DNA of 64,000 bases from Candidatus Latescibacterota bacterium (lineage in GTDB: Bacteria > Latescibacterota > CBDEFO01): the NCBI GenBank assembly GCA_965248755.1, contig OZ252149.1, forward strand, positions 978,295 through 1,042,294. The letters are read 5' to 3'. Under the pieces are notes generated by a model, which did not search any database, was not told the origin of the DNA, and saw nothing but the letters and a program-made list of their open reading frames with translations. Below, piece after piece: positions 1 through 8,888 of the stretch (position 1 is the stretch's first letter; every line of letters begins with the position of its first letter). The position numbers and the translations under genes are program-made.

Positions 1-817
1 AATGAAGCCTGTTCTTGTTGTAATTATCGATCCACTGAGATATGATCTTCTCAGCCTGTTCAAAGGATTCAAACTTGTGAAGCCAAACACACTCTTGCTT
101 GAGGGTCCTGAAAAAACGCTCTACAACACCGTTCCAATCGGGTTTACCACTTGGTATGTATTCCTGACGAATTCCCCAATATTCGGTACTGGCCAAATAG
201 GCCCGAGCCAAAAAGATGGAACCATTGTCAGAGCGCAAAGTGAGACCCTGGGGGACAGCCTCCTTGGAAGTGTATCGAGAGATCACGGCCCGATCCAGGG
301 CATCTGTGGCCTCCAGTGCCCTCCCTTTTCGACTAAAACGATACCCAGGAACCTCCCGGCTTCCGTTGTCCACCACCGCAATAAGAGGACACCAACCATC
401 TTTTCCACAGTAAATCTTTGTCAAGTCACTCGACCACAAACTGTCGGGACTATCCACCACAGAACGCTTCTGGGCAACCTGTGGCCCCTTTCTCCCGGGA
501 CGATTCCACAGCTTACACTGCCACCCCTTAAGCTTCATTATCCTATGAACCTTCTTAACGTTGACACATTCCCCTTCCTTGAAACGAAGATGCGCCCAAA
601 CCCGCCTGTGACCAAATGCCTCTTCTTGGTCCAGTATCCCTCGAATACGAAAAGCAAGCTCCTCATCTATCACAGGCTCTTTAACAGAAGAACTGACACC
701 TCTATCCCTAAACCTATACAGAGTCGAACGATGCAAACCCAAAGCCAAAGCTACCACCTTGCGGGAATAGCCTCGACCCAAAAACCGCCCACTCAAGGCA
801 ACCGCTTCGTTTTTTTT
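1..817 (-). CDS. IS3-family transposase OrfB (DDE integrase), expressed by -1 frameshift from OrfA; C-terminal few residues beyond window
   Basis: Not in the ORF track because the stop lies outside the window. Manual translation of the minus strand gives DDE-integrase motifs and the characteristic C-terminal WIDNYNKNRLH. Confidence 0.75.
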
Positions 818-1122
818 AGACGGGCTACCTCTTCGAGTATCTCCAACTGGAGCGTCAACTGCCCTACCTTGCGCTCCAACCGGCTAACCTCTCGCTCCTT
901 CGGATCCTTGCGACCACGCCGAGACTTCAGACTCTCCTGGCCCCCTTCTAAGAAACTATCACGCCAAGCATACGCCTGCGACTGGCTAATTCCATTCTTA
1001 CGACACACCTCAGATAGATCTGCTCCTCTCAAAAGAGCCAACACAATCTCTCCCTTACGGGTCGCCGTCCAGCGCTTACCATCTTTCACTTCGGGGCTCG
1101 ACACCTTGACCTCCCTTCTCAA
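793..1122 (-). CDS. IS3-family transposase OrfA (HTH)
   Basis: 109 aa; ..LALLRGADLSEVCRKNGISQSQAYAWRD.. typical IS3/IS911 OrfA; ends ..LKKTKRLP with stop inside the A8 frameshift window. Confidence 0.8.
   Translation of the reverse strand: MRREVKVSSPEVKDGKRWTATRKGEIVLALLRGADLSEVCRKNGISQSQAYAWRDSFLEGGQESLKSRRGRKDPKEREVSRLERKVGQLTLQLEILEEVARLKKTKRLP
810..817 (-). other. A8 (A AAA AAA-type) programmed -1 ribosomal frameshift site of the IS3 element
   Basis: T8 on plus strand = A8 on coding strand, spanning the orfA stop; classic IS3 slippery heptamer. Confidence 0.7.
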
Positions 1123-1583
1123 ACCCCAATTTGCGAAATATTTGTCGCTCTGTCAAGGGGAGCGGTATGGATCTTCAGGGTCCACAGCTATCGAAAGAGT
1201 CTTCTCGGCTGCGCCTCCCAAGAGTCCAGGATAGTGCAAAAGTAACCCGCTTACAGAAACCAGGAATACGAAGACAGCGCTTGAGGCTCCTATATACCGG
1301 AACCTGCTTGGTTATATCCTTACGTCTCTTTATAGCTCCATTAGATTTGTTGACAAGAGTGCCTCTCTTGGTCGGTTTATCTATTCTTACTTGCGCCATT
1401 TCCCTCCCTCATATAGAGTTCGTCTATCAGGGTCAAGACCCTCTTGGTGCCAGCAATCACAGCCCTAACAGATAGAGTAGCCCCTGTGATATTGATAATA
1501 TCCCTGTTCATTCTGATTTTGCTATGAGAACTTTTTCCGAAAAATTGGTGCAAAAAACGCTTTCTTTTAACTTCTCCTCCGCT

Positions 1584-2023
1584 CTATTCTCTATACACTA
1601 GAATAGCCATATTCGCTATTTTCCCTTCGGGATCGACCTTGACTATAAAGGTGATGGGTCTGTACATACCTATCTGGTTCGCTATCATCGAATAGCCGGC
1701 GATCTTCCCTTTGCTCCATCCGATAGAGACCTTGAACCGGTTCTGTTCCAATCTCCATCCCAAACGTCCCTCTATCTCCTTCTTCTCCTCATCGCTCAAA
1801 ATATGTATTCGAGAGAGACGCTGTCGGTGTTCGGAAACATCTTACTTAAGGCCTCCTCCTCGGTCAGATAGACCTGGATAGAACCTATCTCCTCCTCGCT
1901 CGGTCTTTCCTCTTGAGCGTAAGCAGATCCCCATGGAAAGCTCAATATCACAACGCACAGGAAAATTCTGATTGCTTCTGTTGGCTCGCAATGACATTGC
2001 TTACAGATTCTGATCTCCTCCAC
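1584..2023 (-). CDS. small secreted FMN-binding-domain-like protein, split over two overlapping ORFs (1796..2023 and 1584..1799), possible frameshift/truncation
   Basis: Signal-peptide-like N-terminus in the upstream ORF. The downstream ORF has ..GYSMIANQIGMYRPITFIVKVDPEGKIANMAILVYRE, resembling the FMN_bind domain core (GY.GPI.v.V.vd.dGKI..v.il.h.E) but ending before the ETPG motif. Confidence 0.3.
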
Positions 2024-2029
2024 ATTTAT

Positions 2030-3189
2030 CTAAAAATAGGAAGCTATCGAGAAAAAGAAGCGGTTCTTCGGCTCGCTCCGAGTGCTAATATTTTCGCCCC
2101 TCTCCCAATTGAACTGCCAGTCTATCTTGAAGACAGAATCTTCCACAGGTCTAAAATTTAAGCCCAATGTCAGTCGTTCCTCATCATCGCCCTCTATATC
2201 CGCATCGAAATCTACGGAGTCCCATCTGACCACGCCTGTAGATACAGAGCCGGGCAAGATGACGTCGTGTAGAAAATGATAGCTTCCCTGAAGGTAATAT
2301 CCTTGCTGAGACCCTGCGGCGTTCGGTAAATCAGCCTTTCTATATCTATCTCCGCTCTTGCATACTCGCCCAGAAGGTCTAAGGCTCCTCTGGTATATGC
2401 TCCGTCCAGAGCGAAAATCGTCAGATTGTGTTTGCCCTCGTCGTCGTAATCCCCCGTATGAACAGATGCTCCCAAATCTATGCCCAATTTCGGACTCAAG
2501 TTCACCCTTGCTGCAATCGCCTTATCCTCGTTGTTATCGTTTTTTTGACTCCCTCTTCCGCTCCTGATCCTGATATCACCGTCCCTTATAATCCCGTTAT
2601 TGAAGCCGTTCACCACATATATCTCATAGCCCAAAAGTGAAAGATCAGTCGGATAGAGCGTCCCGTAGATACCCATGCCCGATTCGCTCAGGCTCGTGGG
2701 GATAATCTGTCTGTCGACCATAGGTCTGTCCGTAAGATCGTTTATTGGGCTGTCGTGTATGAGATTAAATTTCCCAAGCGGGGACAATATGACTCCGCCG
2801 CGGATGTTCAACCATTCGTCTATCAGAAAGTCGAAGGTAGCAAACTCCAGCTTTATCTCGCCGTCTGTATCCCCTTTTCCCTTTACCAATCCTCCGTGCT
2901 CGTACTCTATCTCTGCGGATATGTGGATGCGGTCTGTAACCTCTGAGTAGATAAAGGGGAGAAACCTGTGCTGATCGAAGGTCTTATCCCCGTCTTCGGC
3001 CCACTCCAATTCGTGGTCCATGTATCCCCCTAGCACAGTAGCCCTTCCGGCTCGCCGTATATAGGGCTTGTCGTATATCCCCCCTGGCACTGACAGACGT
3101 GGCTTTTCAACCTCCTCCGCCCATATCGCTCCGCTGCAAGCAACAAATATGAATACTGCAGCAGACACCACCCACCACCTTGAAAGCAT
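2030..3189 (-). CDS. outer-membrane beta-barrel (porin-like) protein, reading frame broken between 2212..3189 and 2030..2257
   Basis: Signal peptide MLSRWWVVSAAVFIFVACSGAIWA; alternating amphipathic beta-strand pattern. The second-frame ORF ends in ..FFFSIASYF (aromatic C-terminal residue typical of OM barrels), implying a frameshift near 2257-2330. Confidence 0.5.
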
Positions 3190-3285
3190 TTCGATATCCC
3201 CCTCTTGTTTTTTGTTGTTACAGAGAGTCATTATCCATAGATTAAGAGTGATCCAGGAACTCCACTCGTAAAAAGGGCAAGTACT

Positions 3286-3639
3286 TTACGGCTCCTCGAT
3301 TCTGACATATACCTCGTCCGCCATCTCGCTGTCCACCGCAAATTGAGAATGCTCCACCTGAAATACAAAAGAGTGGAACCTTCGAATAAAATCTAACGAC
3401 ATCACCGGAAGTATCCCCATAGACATAAGCTTTTGAAGTTTTTGAGAGTCGTGAGAGTGAATATAAACTATCTTCCCGCTCTTGCCGACATTCGGATTCC
3501 CTACCAGCGCTACTTTTCTTAGCCCGTTTGACACCCCATCATCCAGACGATGCTCACAGGGAAGACCTAAACATTTCATAAGTCCTGTCGAAAGAGATTC
3601 CATTTTGGGCATCAATTCACCGTAAGCGAGAAAAATCAC
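3286..3639 (-). CDS. FeoA-domain protein with an N-terminal segment carrying a FeoB-like P-loop string (VGNPNVGKS); possibly a rearranged feoAB remnant
   Basis: C-terminal 60 aa match FeoA SH3-like pattern (GKIVYIHSHD..KLMSMGILP..V..A..V.V). ALVGNPNVGKS is identical to the FeoB G1 motif but sits upstream of FeoA within a 117-aa ORF. Confidence 0.45.
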   Translation of the reverse strand: MIFLAYGELMPKMESLSTGLMKCLGLPCEHRLDDGVSNGLRKVALVGNPNVGKSGKIVYIHSHDSQKLQKLMSMGILPVMSLDFIRRFHSFVFQVEHSQFAVDSEMADEVYVRIEEP

Positions 3640-3729
3640 CTCTTGTTATATAGTTTACGGTTGATCAAGATGTGGGAGAGATTCATTATACGATAATATA
3701 GAATGGCATCCATTTCGATTGGAACTCTA

Positions 3730-4251
3730 TTAGGACTGATGCATAAGGCATTCGCCCTCGTCGCACACGGGACATTTCTCCAAATCGGTACATCCGTCTT
3801 GGTGTTTTTCAAACGCAGCCAGGAATGCATGAGTCTCTTTATTATCCTGAAATAGGAATCGTAAGAAGCTCAGAAGCTTTTCAGCCGTTTGGTCGCTGAT
3901 CAAGTGTTCCACCTTGCAGGCGTCTATCTCCGCCTGCACCGGGCTCACTTTTAGCACTTCATCGAAGAATTTTATGAATATCTTTCTCTTGGACTGGATA
4001 GCCTGTGCAAGATTCTCCCCTTCAGGCGAAAGTTGGAGGAATTTGTTACTGTCTTGAAGGATATATCCTCTCATCTTAAGTGGTCTGAGAGTAATAGATA
4101 CACTTCCCCTGGTTATGTCTAAATTCCTGGCAATATCAGATACACGGGCGTATCCGTGGGCCTGAGTCAGTTCCAAGATTGACATCAGATGATGCGCCAC
4201 GCTGTGAGTGATATTGTTCTCGTCAAAGCTCTTCCAAACCTCTTCTAACAT
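3730..4251 (-). CDS. DtxR/MntR-family metal-dependent transcriptional repressor
   Basis: HHLMSILELTQAHGYARVSDIARNLDITRGSVSITLRPLKMRGYI matches DtxR HTH and metal-site region. Start taken at MLEEVWKSF; a longer ORF to 4329 is possible. Confidence 0.8.
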   Translation of the reverse strand: MLEEVWKSFDENNITHSVAHHLMSILELTQAHGYARVSDIARNLDITRGSVSITLRPLKMRGYILQDSNKFLQLSPEGENLAQAIQSKRKIFIKFFDEVLKVSPVQAEIDACKVEHLISDQTAEKLLSFLRFLFQDNKETHAFLAAFEKHQDGCTDLEKCPVCDEGECLMHQS

Positions 4252-4496
4252 TTTGATCACTTCCCCAGTTAGTTTGGTATAGTTATCGCATGATTTATTA
4301 TTAATACATATGACATAACTATAAAACACTTATATCTGTCTGTCAAGGTATTTTTGCTAATTTTTGAGAATTATATAAGCCTATAACAAACCGCTTGACT
4401 TTGACTCTCTTCCAGTCTAATTTAAGCTTATGTTTCTGGCTACCTACTGATCTTTTCTTTCTGCTAATTTGGTATTCTTTTAGGAGTCAAAAGACG

Positions 4497-5684
4497 ATGA
4501 CTGGACCCTTGAGAGGAGTGAGAGTCTTAGATACAAGCAGAGTCCTGTCAGGGCCCTATGCCACGATGATCTTGGCTGACATGGGGGCCGAGGTAATTAA
4601 AATTGAGCTTCCAGGGACAGGAGATGAAGCAAGGGGCATAGGTCCTTTCAAGGACAAAGAGAGCACCTACTTCATCAGTATAAATAGGGGCAAAAAGAGC
4701 GTAACCCTGGACATGAGAAAGAGGGAAGGCGCTGAAATTTTGGCGAAATTGGCCCGCAAGTGCGATGTGCTCGTGGAGAACTTCACACCGGGGACGATGA
4801 AGAAGTTTGGGCTCGATTACGAATCTCTAAAAGGTGAAAATCCAAGACTTATATACACCTCTATATCGGGCTTCGGACAGACGGGTCCCTACTCAGAGAG
4901 ACCCGCCTACGACGCCATCATACAGGGAATGGGGGGAATAGCCAGTCTAACTGGAAGAGAGGGAGATCCGCCCATCAGGGTCGGCACATCTATAGGTGAC
5001 CTGGGAGCGTCTATGTACGCCGTGGTGGGTGTAGTTTCCGCTCTTTACGCCAGAGAGTTCACGGGCGTGGGACAACACATAGATATAGCCATGCTGGACT
5101 GTCAGGTCTCGCTTCTGGAGAATGCCATCGCTCGCTATGCTGTAAATGGAGAAGTTCCCAAACCGCTAGGATCCCGTCATCCGACCATTACGCCCTTTGA
5201 ATTCCTCCAGACCAAGAACGGATACATAGTAATAGCTGCGGGCAATAATACGTTGTGGGCAAAGCTCTGCCAGGTGTTGGGACTCCCACACTTAATTGAA
5301 GATAAGAGATTTCGAACCAATGCCGACAGGACGGATAACTATGAAGAACTTCGACCTATCCTAGCCCAAAGTCTTCTAACCAAGACCTCTCTGGAGTGGG
5401 AGGAGCTGCTTCAGCGGGCAAATGTCCCCTGCGGTCCTATAAATACAATAGACAAAGTTGTGGAGGACGAACACGTTAAGGCTAGGGAGATGATATTGGA
5501 GTCAGAACATAAGAAGATCGGAAAGCTCAAGGTTGCAGGATCTCCCTTGAAATTCTCAGAGGATAGAGTGGAGATAACCGACTCTGCTCCTCTTCTGGGG
5601 GAGCATACTGATGAGGTCTTAAAGAACATTGCAGATTTGAGCGACGAGGAGATAGCAGATTTAAAGAAGAAGAAAGTCATCTAA
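4497..5684 (+). CDS. CoA-transferase family III (CaiB/BaiF/formyl-CoA transferase-like)
   Basis: MTGPLRGVRVLDTSRVLSGPYATMILADMGAEVIKIE.. with conserved Asp region; full-length ~395 aa. Start at MTGPL preferred over the upstream ATG at 4395. Confidence 0.85.
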   Translation: MTGPLRGVRVLDTSRVLSGPYATMILADMGAEVIKIELPGTGDEARGIGPFKDKESTYFISINRGKKSVTLDMRKREGAEILAKLARKCDVLVENFTPGTMKKFGLDYESLKGENPRLIYTSISGFGQTGPYSERPAYDAIIQGMGGIASLTGREGDPPIRVGTSIGDLGASMYAVVGVVSALYAREFTGVGQHIDIAMLDCQVSLLENAIARYAVNGEVPKPLGSRHPTITPFEFLQTKNGYIVIAAGNNTLWAKLCQVLGLPHLIEDKRFRTNADRTDNYEELRPILAQSLLTKTSLEWEELLQRANVPCGPINTIDKVVEDEHVKAREMILESEHKKIGKLKVAGSPLKFSEDRVEITDSAPLLGEHTDEVLKNIADLSDEEIADLKKKKVI

Positions 5685-5710
5685 CCCGATAAATTTATAA
5701 ACTTGGTGGA

Positions 5711-5831
5711 GTCATTGCGAGGAGCAACGCGACGAAGAAATCTCAAGGTTTTATGGTAGTCGCCTATGAGAGCCGGAGAGTCTTACATCTACCACAGAAT
5801 CGAGATTGCTTCGCCTTCGGCTCGCAATGAC
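5711..5831. repeat. MITE-like element: 38-bp inverted repeats GTCATTGCGAG..GAAGAAATCTCAAGG / GAGATTGCTTCG..CTCGCAATGAC flanking a ~53-bp core
   Basis: Left arm 5711-5748; right arm 5802-5831 is its imperfect reverse complement. Same motif family recurs at more than 8 other intergenic sites in the window. Confidence 0.7.
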
Positions 5832-6119
5832 ACCGAAGGTAGTTAAACGGCATAACTATAATATCTTACAATCCCTTAATTAGTACACGGCCTTTTTTTG
5901 TGAATTATTCGGGCTAAAGGAGGTAAAAAGCTGTGGAATGTACGCCGAGAATTATCAGAGAAAGAAAACAGGTGGGAAAGTTTCCCGGAGACAAGTCGCA
6001 GACGATAGTTAAGATATACTGCCCCATCTTGGGAGAGATAGTTCTCAGAGGAGAGCAGGCGGAAAAAGCGGTCAAGAACATAAGAGAAAAAGGCGGTAAC
6101 TTCTAAGGTAGAGAGTTCT

Positions 6120-6641
6120 ATGACCACAAGGGAGCTTGCCAGATTGTCTCTGCTTACTGCCCTGACCGCTGTGGCTACCATGATCATAAAGGTTCCTACT
6201 CCAGCTACCAAGGGCTATGTGAACCTGGGCGATTCGATGGTGTTCGTCTCGGCCCTTCTGTTCGGGGCAAAAACTGGAGCCATAGCAGGGGGCCTGGGAT
6301 CATCTTTAGCTGACCTTTTGGGAGGATACTTCCTTTGGGCTCCGATGACACTATTTATAAAGGGGATAGAGGGACTCTTGGTCGGAAAACTTTTCAGTAT
6401 GACTCGAAAGTCGCTTCTGGACAGAACCGGCATCCTTCTGGCTATTCCCATAATCCTTCTGGGCGGCGCCTGGATGCTGTCCGGCTACTTTATGTGTGAA
6501 ACTCAGCTGTTCGGGTGGGGCGCCGCCTTGGGAGCACTGCCCGGCAACACCTTTCAGGCGATATTGGGGCTCGCAGTGTCCATTCCTACAGCAGCGGCGC
6601 TCACGAGGATGGGAATCGGTCAGGACGAATATATGGAGTAG
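6120..6641 (+). CDS. ECF-transporter substrate-specific (S) component (QueT/ThiW/BioY-like fold)
   Basis: 173 aa, 5-6 TM helices; ..LTALTAVATMIIKVPTPATKGYVNLGDSMVFVSALLFGAKTGAIAGGLGSSLADLL typical of ECF S components. Exact substrate family not assignable. Confidence 0.65.
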   Translation: MTTRELARLSLLTALTAVATMIIKVPTPATKGYVNLGDSMVFVSALLFGAKTGAIAGGLGSSLADLLGGYFLWAPMTLFIKGIEGLLVGKLFSMTRKSLLDRTGILLAIPIILLGGAWMLSGYFMCETQLFGWGAALGALPGNTFQAILGLAVSIPTAAALTRMGIGQDEYME

Positions 6642-6664
6642 CCCCCGATTGAATCTATCGGGGG
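6642..6664. repeat. GC-rich palindromic hairpin CCCCCGATTGAATCTATCGGGGG (repeat family B), immediately after the ECF-S stop
   Basis: 8-bp perfect stem; near-identical copies at 7559, 21962, 30345, 37300, 43483 and 50140. Confidence 0.7.
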
Positions 6665-6686
6665 TAGATTGAAATCGGAGAATTAA

Positions 6687-7493
6687 ATGGATCTTTGCCG
6701 AAGGATATTGCCTCTTTTTCTTACCTTTATAATCTTCCTTACAGCTTATGAACCCGTCTACGCACAGAGGCCATTTATCACAGAAAACGCAGAACTCCTG
6801 GCTCCGGGCAGAATAGAACTGGAGATCGGCTTTGAGTATTGGGGCAAAAGCTACAACTTCCAAACGGACGCTAAATCAAGAACCCAAGTCAGATTGGGCG
6901 TCCTCGGAGCAAATATCGGAGTCGGAAAGATAGTCGAAATACAGCTCGCCTTCCCCTCCGCAGTCTTACAAAGTGACGACATCATCGGGAACGACAGGGA
7001 CGTCGGTGATGCGACGTTCTTCACGAAGGTGAGACTCTTCAAAGAACGAGGATCCTATCCCTCAGTAGCAGTCAGGTTCGGAACGAAGCTACCCAACGCC
7101 GAAGAGGAGTTCGGCATTGGCACAGATGAAAACGACTTTATGGGATCGTTCCCGATCACCAAGAATTTCGGCTCGCTGCGCACTTCTTTGGACTTGGGGT
7201 TAGGCATCCTCGGAAATCCGACAAGGAACAACGCCCAGCACGATGTCTACACTTTTGGACTGTCGCTTATGTACCCGTCGAAAGGGACTTTGAGCTTTCT
7301 GTCGGAGATATACGCTAGAAAAGGGACATCACGGTTCGATGACCTCTTATCCGTCCGCGCCGGTCTTCAGTTCAAGAGCAAAAAGGGACACAGATTAGAT
7401 GTAGTGGGGAGCATCGGAATGGCTGAAGAAAGCCCCGAATGGGAGATTACTACCGGATTGGCGTGGGATTTCAAGGCGTTCAGCCTGCAATAG
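6687..7493 (+). CDS. outer-membrane beta-barrel protein (MetA-pathway/phenol-degradation-like transporter family)
   Basis: Signal peptide ..LTAYEPVYAQ; alternating beta-strand pattern; paralog-like to 55967..56845. Confidence 0.45.
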   Translation: MDLCRRILPLFLTFIIFLTAYEPVYAQRPFITENAELLAPGRIELEIGFEYWGKSYNFQTDAKSRTQVRLGVLGANIGVGKIVEIQLAFPSAVLQSDDIIGNDRDVGDATFFTKVRLFKERGSYPSVAVRFGTKLPNAEEEFGIGTDENDFMGSFPITKNFGSLRTSLDLGLGILGNPTRNNAQHDVYTFGLSLMYPSKGTLSFLSEIYARKGTSRFDDLLSVRAGLQFKSKKGHRLDVVGSIGMAEESPEWEITTGLAWDFKAFSLQ

Positions 7494-7769
7494 CCCGAAA
7501 ATGGTAGACAGCAAACAGGGACTCCCCCTGCTCCCTCCGGTCTACGACATTGCTGCGGGCCCCCGATAGATTCAATCAGGGGTCACCCCTCGCAAAGACT
7601 AAGGGTCGAATCCCAGCACCGTCACTCCGAGCACGTCCTGTGTCATTGCGAGACAAAGCCCAGAGCGTAGCGAAGGGTCAGCGAAGCAATCTCAAGGGGT
7701 GGGAGGAAGTACCCCCTGTCTACTAACTGCTGTCTACTTGGTAGGGCTGGGAGGAGATGGAGAAATATA
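7494..7769. repeat. Composite ~240-bp MITE-like insertion carrying all three repeat modules (family C arms, family B hairpin, family A)
   Basis: 7505-7540 GGTAGACAGCAAACAGGGACTCCCCCTGC.. and 7700-7745 (reverse complement AAGTAGACAGCAGTTAGTAGACAGGGGGTAC..) form terminal inverted repeats. Inside: hairpin 7559-7582 and GTCATTGCGAG..GAAGCAATCTCAAGG at 7642-7697. Confidence 0.65.
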
Positions 7770-8879
7770 GTGAGACCCGCGTGGATAGAGGTGGACCTTG
7801 AGGCCGTAAAGCAGAACATAAGGAGCATTAAAAGCGTTGTAGGGGATAAAACCCAGGTCATGGCCGTGACGAAAGCCAACGGCTACGGGCACGGGTTAAT
7901 AGAGGTCTCCAGGTCATCCCTCCAGGCGGGGGCGACGATGCTCGGGGCGGCGATATTAGACGAAGCGCTTGCGATCAGAGAGAACGGTATAAAAGACCCC
8001 ATACTCATCTTGGGATGTCCTCTCCCCGATCAAGCCCCGGATATAGTAAATAATTACATCTCTCACGTAGTAACGAACATAGAAGCGGCGGAATCCCTTT
8101 CAAGGGAAGCGGTAAAAAGAGGTATCCCAGCTAAGGTTCACATAAAGATCGACACAGGGATGGGAAGAATCGGGGTGACTATGGATAAAGCCCTCAGCTT
8201 TGCTCAAGAGCTTACGGCTCATCCCGGAATAGAGATAGAGGGTGTGATGATGCATTTTTCCAGTGCCGACCAGCCCGACCTGAGCTTTTCAAGGCAGCAG
8301 ATTGGTAAATTCGCCGATGTTCTTTCGAAGCTCTCCTGTGCAGGCATAGCTCCCAAATGGAGACACACAGCAAATAGCGCCGCCATAGCCTTCTTACCTG
8401 AGTCCCACTTTGACATGGTCCGCCCCGGGCTCTTGATCTACGGGATACCGCCGACTCCAGAGTCGTGCGATATCCCTTTGAGACCCGCTATGACCATTAA
8501 AGCGCGCATAACGCAGATCAGGAGTGTGCCGAAGGGCCAAAACATAAGCTACGGCAGGAGCTTCGTAACAAATAGGAAAAGCGTGTTAGGAATAGTCCCA
8601 CTGGGCTATGGAGACGGCTATTCCCGCGCGCATAGCAACAGAGGAAAGGTGTTGGTCAAAGGCACGTTTGCCCCGATCCTGGGGAGAGTCTGCATGGATC
8701 AGTTCGTCGTAGACCTTACGGATATTCCCCGGGTCGCGTTGGGAGAGGAAGTCGTAGTTATGGGGAGGCAGAGGCATAATCAGATAACCACCTGGGATGT
8801 CGCAGAGTGGATGAACAGCATCCCCCACGAGGTAGTTTCAGCGCTCGGGACTCGGCTCCCAAGGGTTTTCATAAGCTGA
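7770..8879 (+). CDS. alr: alanine racemase
   Basis: VMAVTKANGYGHG PLP-lysine motif; full-length 369 aa with conserved C-terminal domain. Confidence 0.9.
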   Translation: MRPAWIEVDLEAVKQNIRSIKSVVGDKTQVMAVTKANGYGHGLIEVSRSSLQAGATMLGAAILDEALAIRENGIKDPILILGCPLPDQAPDIVNNYISHVVTNIEAAESLSREAVKRGIPAKVHIKIDTGMGRIGVTMDKALSFAQELTAHPGIEIEGVMMHFSSADQPDLSFSRQQIGKFADVLSKLSCAGIAPKWRHTANSAAIAFLPESHFDMVRPGLLIYGIPPTPESCDIPLRPAMTIKARITQIRSVPKGQNISYGRSFVTNRKSVLGIVPLGYGDGYSRAHSNRGKVLVKGTFAPILGRVCMDQFVVDLTDIPRVALGEEVVVMGRQRHNQITTWDVAEWMNSIPHEVVSALGTRLPRVFIS

Positions 8880-8888
8880 GGAAAAAAC

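Larger units (their letters stand above)
1..1250 (-). mobile_element. IS3-family insertion sequence (partial; left part runs off window start). The right end lies somewhere after orfA start (~1123-1250); inverted repeat not delimitable without the other end
   Basis: orfA (793..1122) with HTH and leucine-zipper-like end, followed by A8 slippery run (810-817) and a downstream -1 frame encoding DDE integrase motifs. Reverse-complement of 1-330 translates to ..CGKDGWCPLIAVVDNGSREVPGY..LTLRSDNGSIF..YIPSGKPDWNGVVERFFRTLKQECVW..QWIDNYNKNRLH. Confidence 0.8.

Noticed and set aside
2-1234. 410-aa plus-strand ORF covering the left end of the window
   Set aside because: Low-complexity, Pro/Thr/Ser-rich translation with no domain. 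It is antisense to the IS3 orfA/orfB, whose translations show clear transposase motifs, so it is a spurious ORF over a real minus-strand element.
3636-3830. 64-aa minus-strand ORF between feoA-like and dtxR
   Set aside because: It overlaps the 3' end of the DtxR-family gene in another frame and has no features. It is likely spurious, and the region is better explained as the dtxR 3' end and short spacer.
7590-7625. tRNA-like T-arm string GGGTCGAATCCCAGCACC
   Set aside because: Embedded in the composite repeat at 7494-7769. No acceptor/anticodon stem context around it. The same region is explained by the repeat family.
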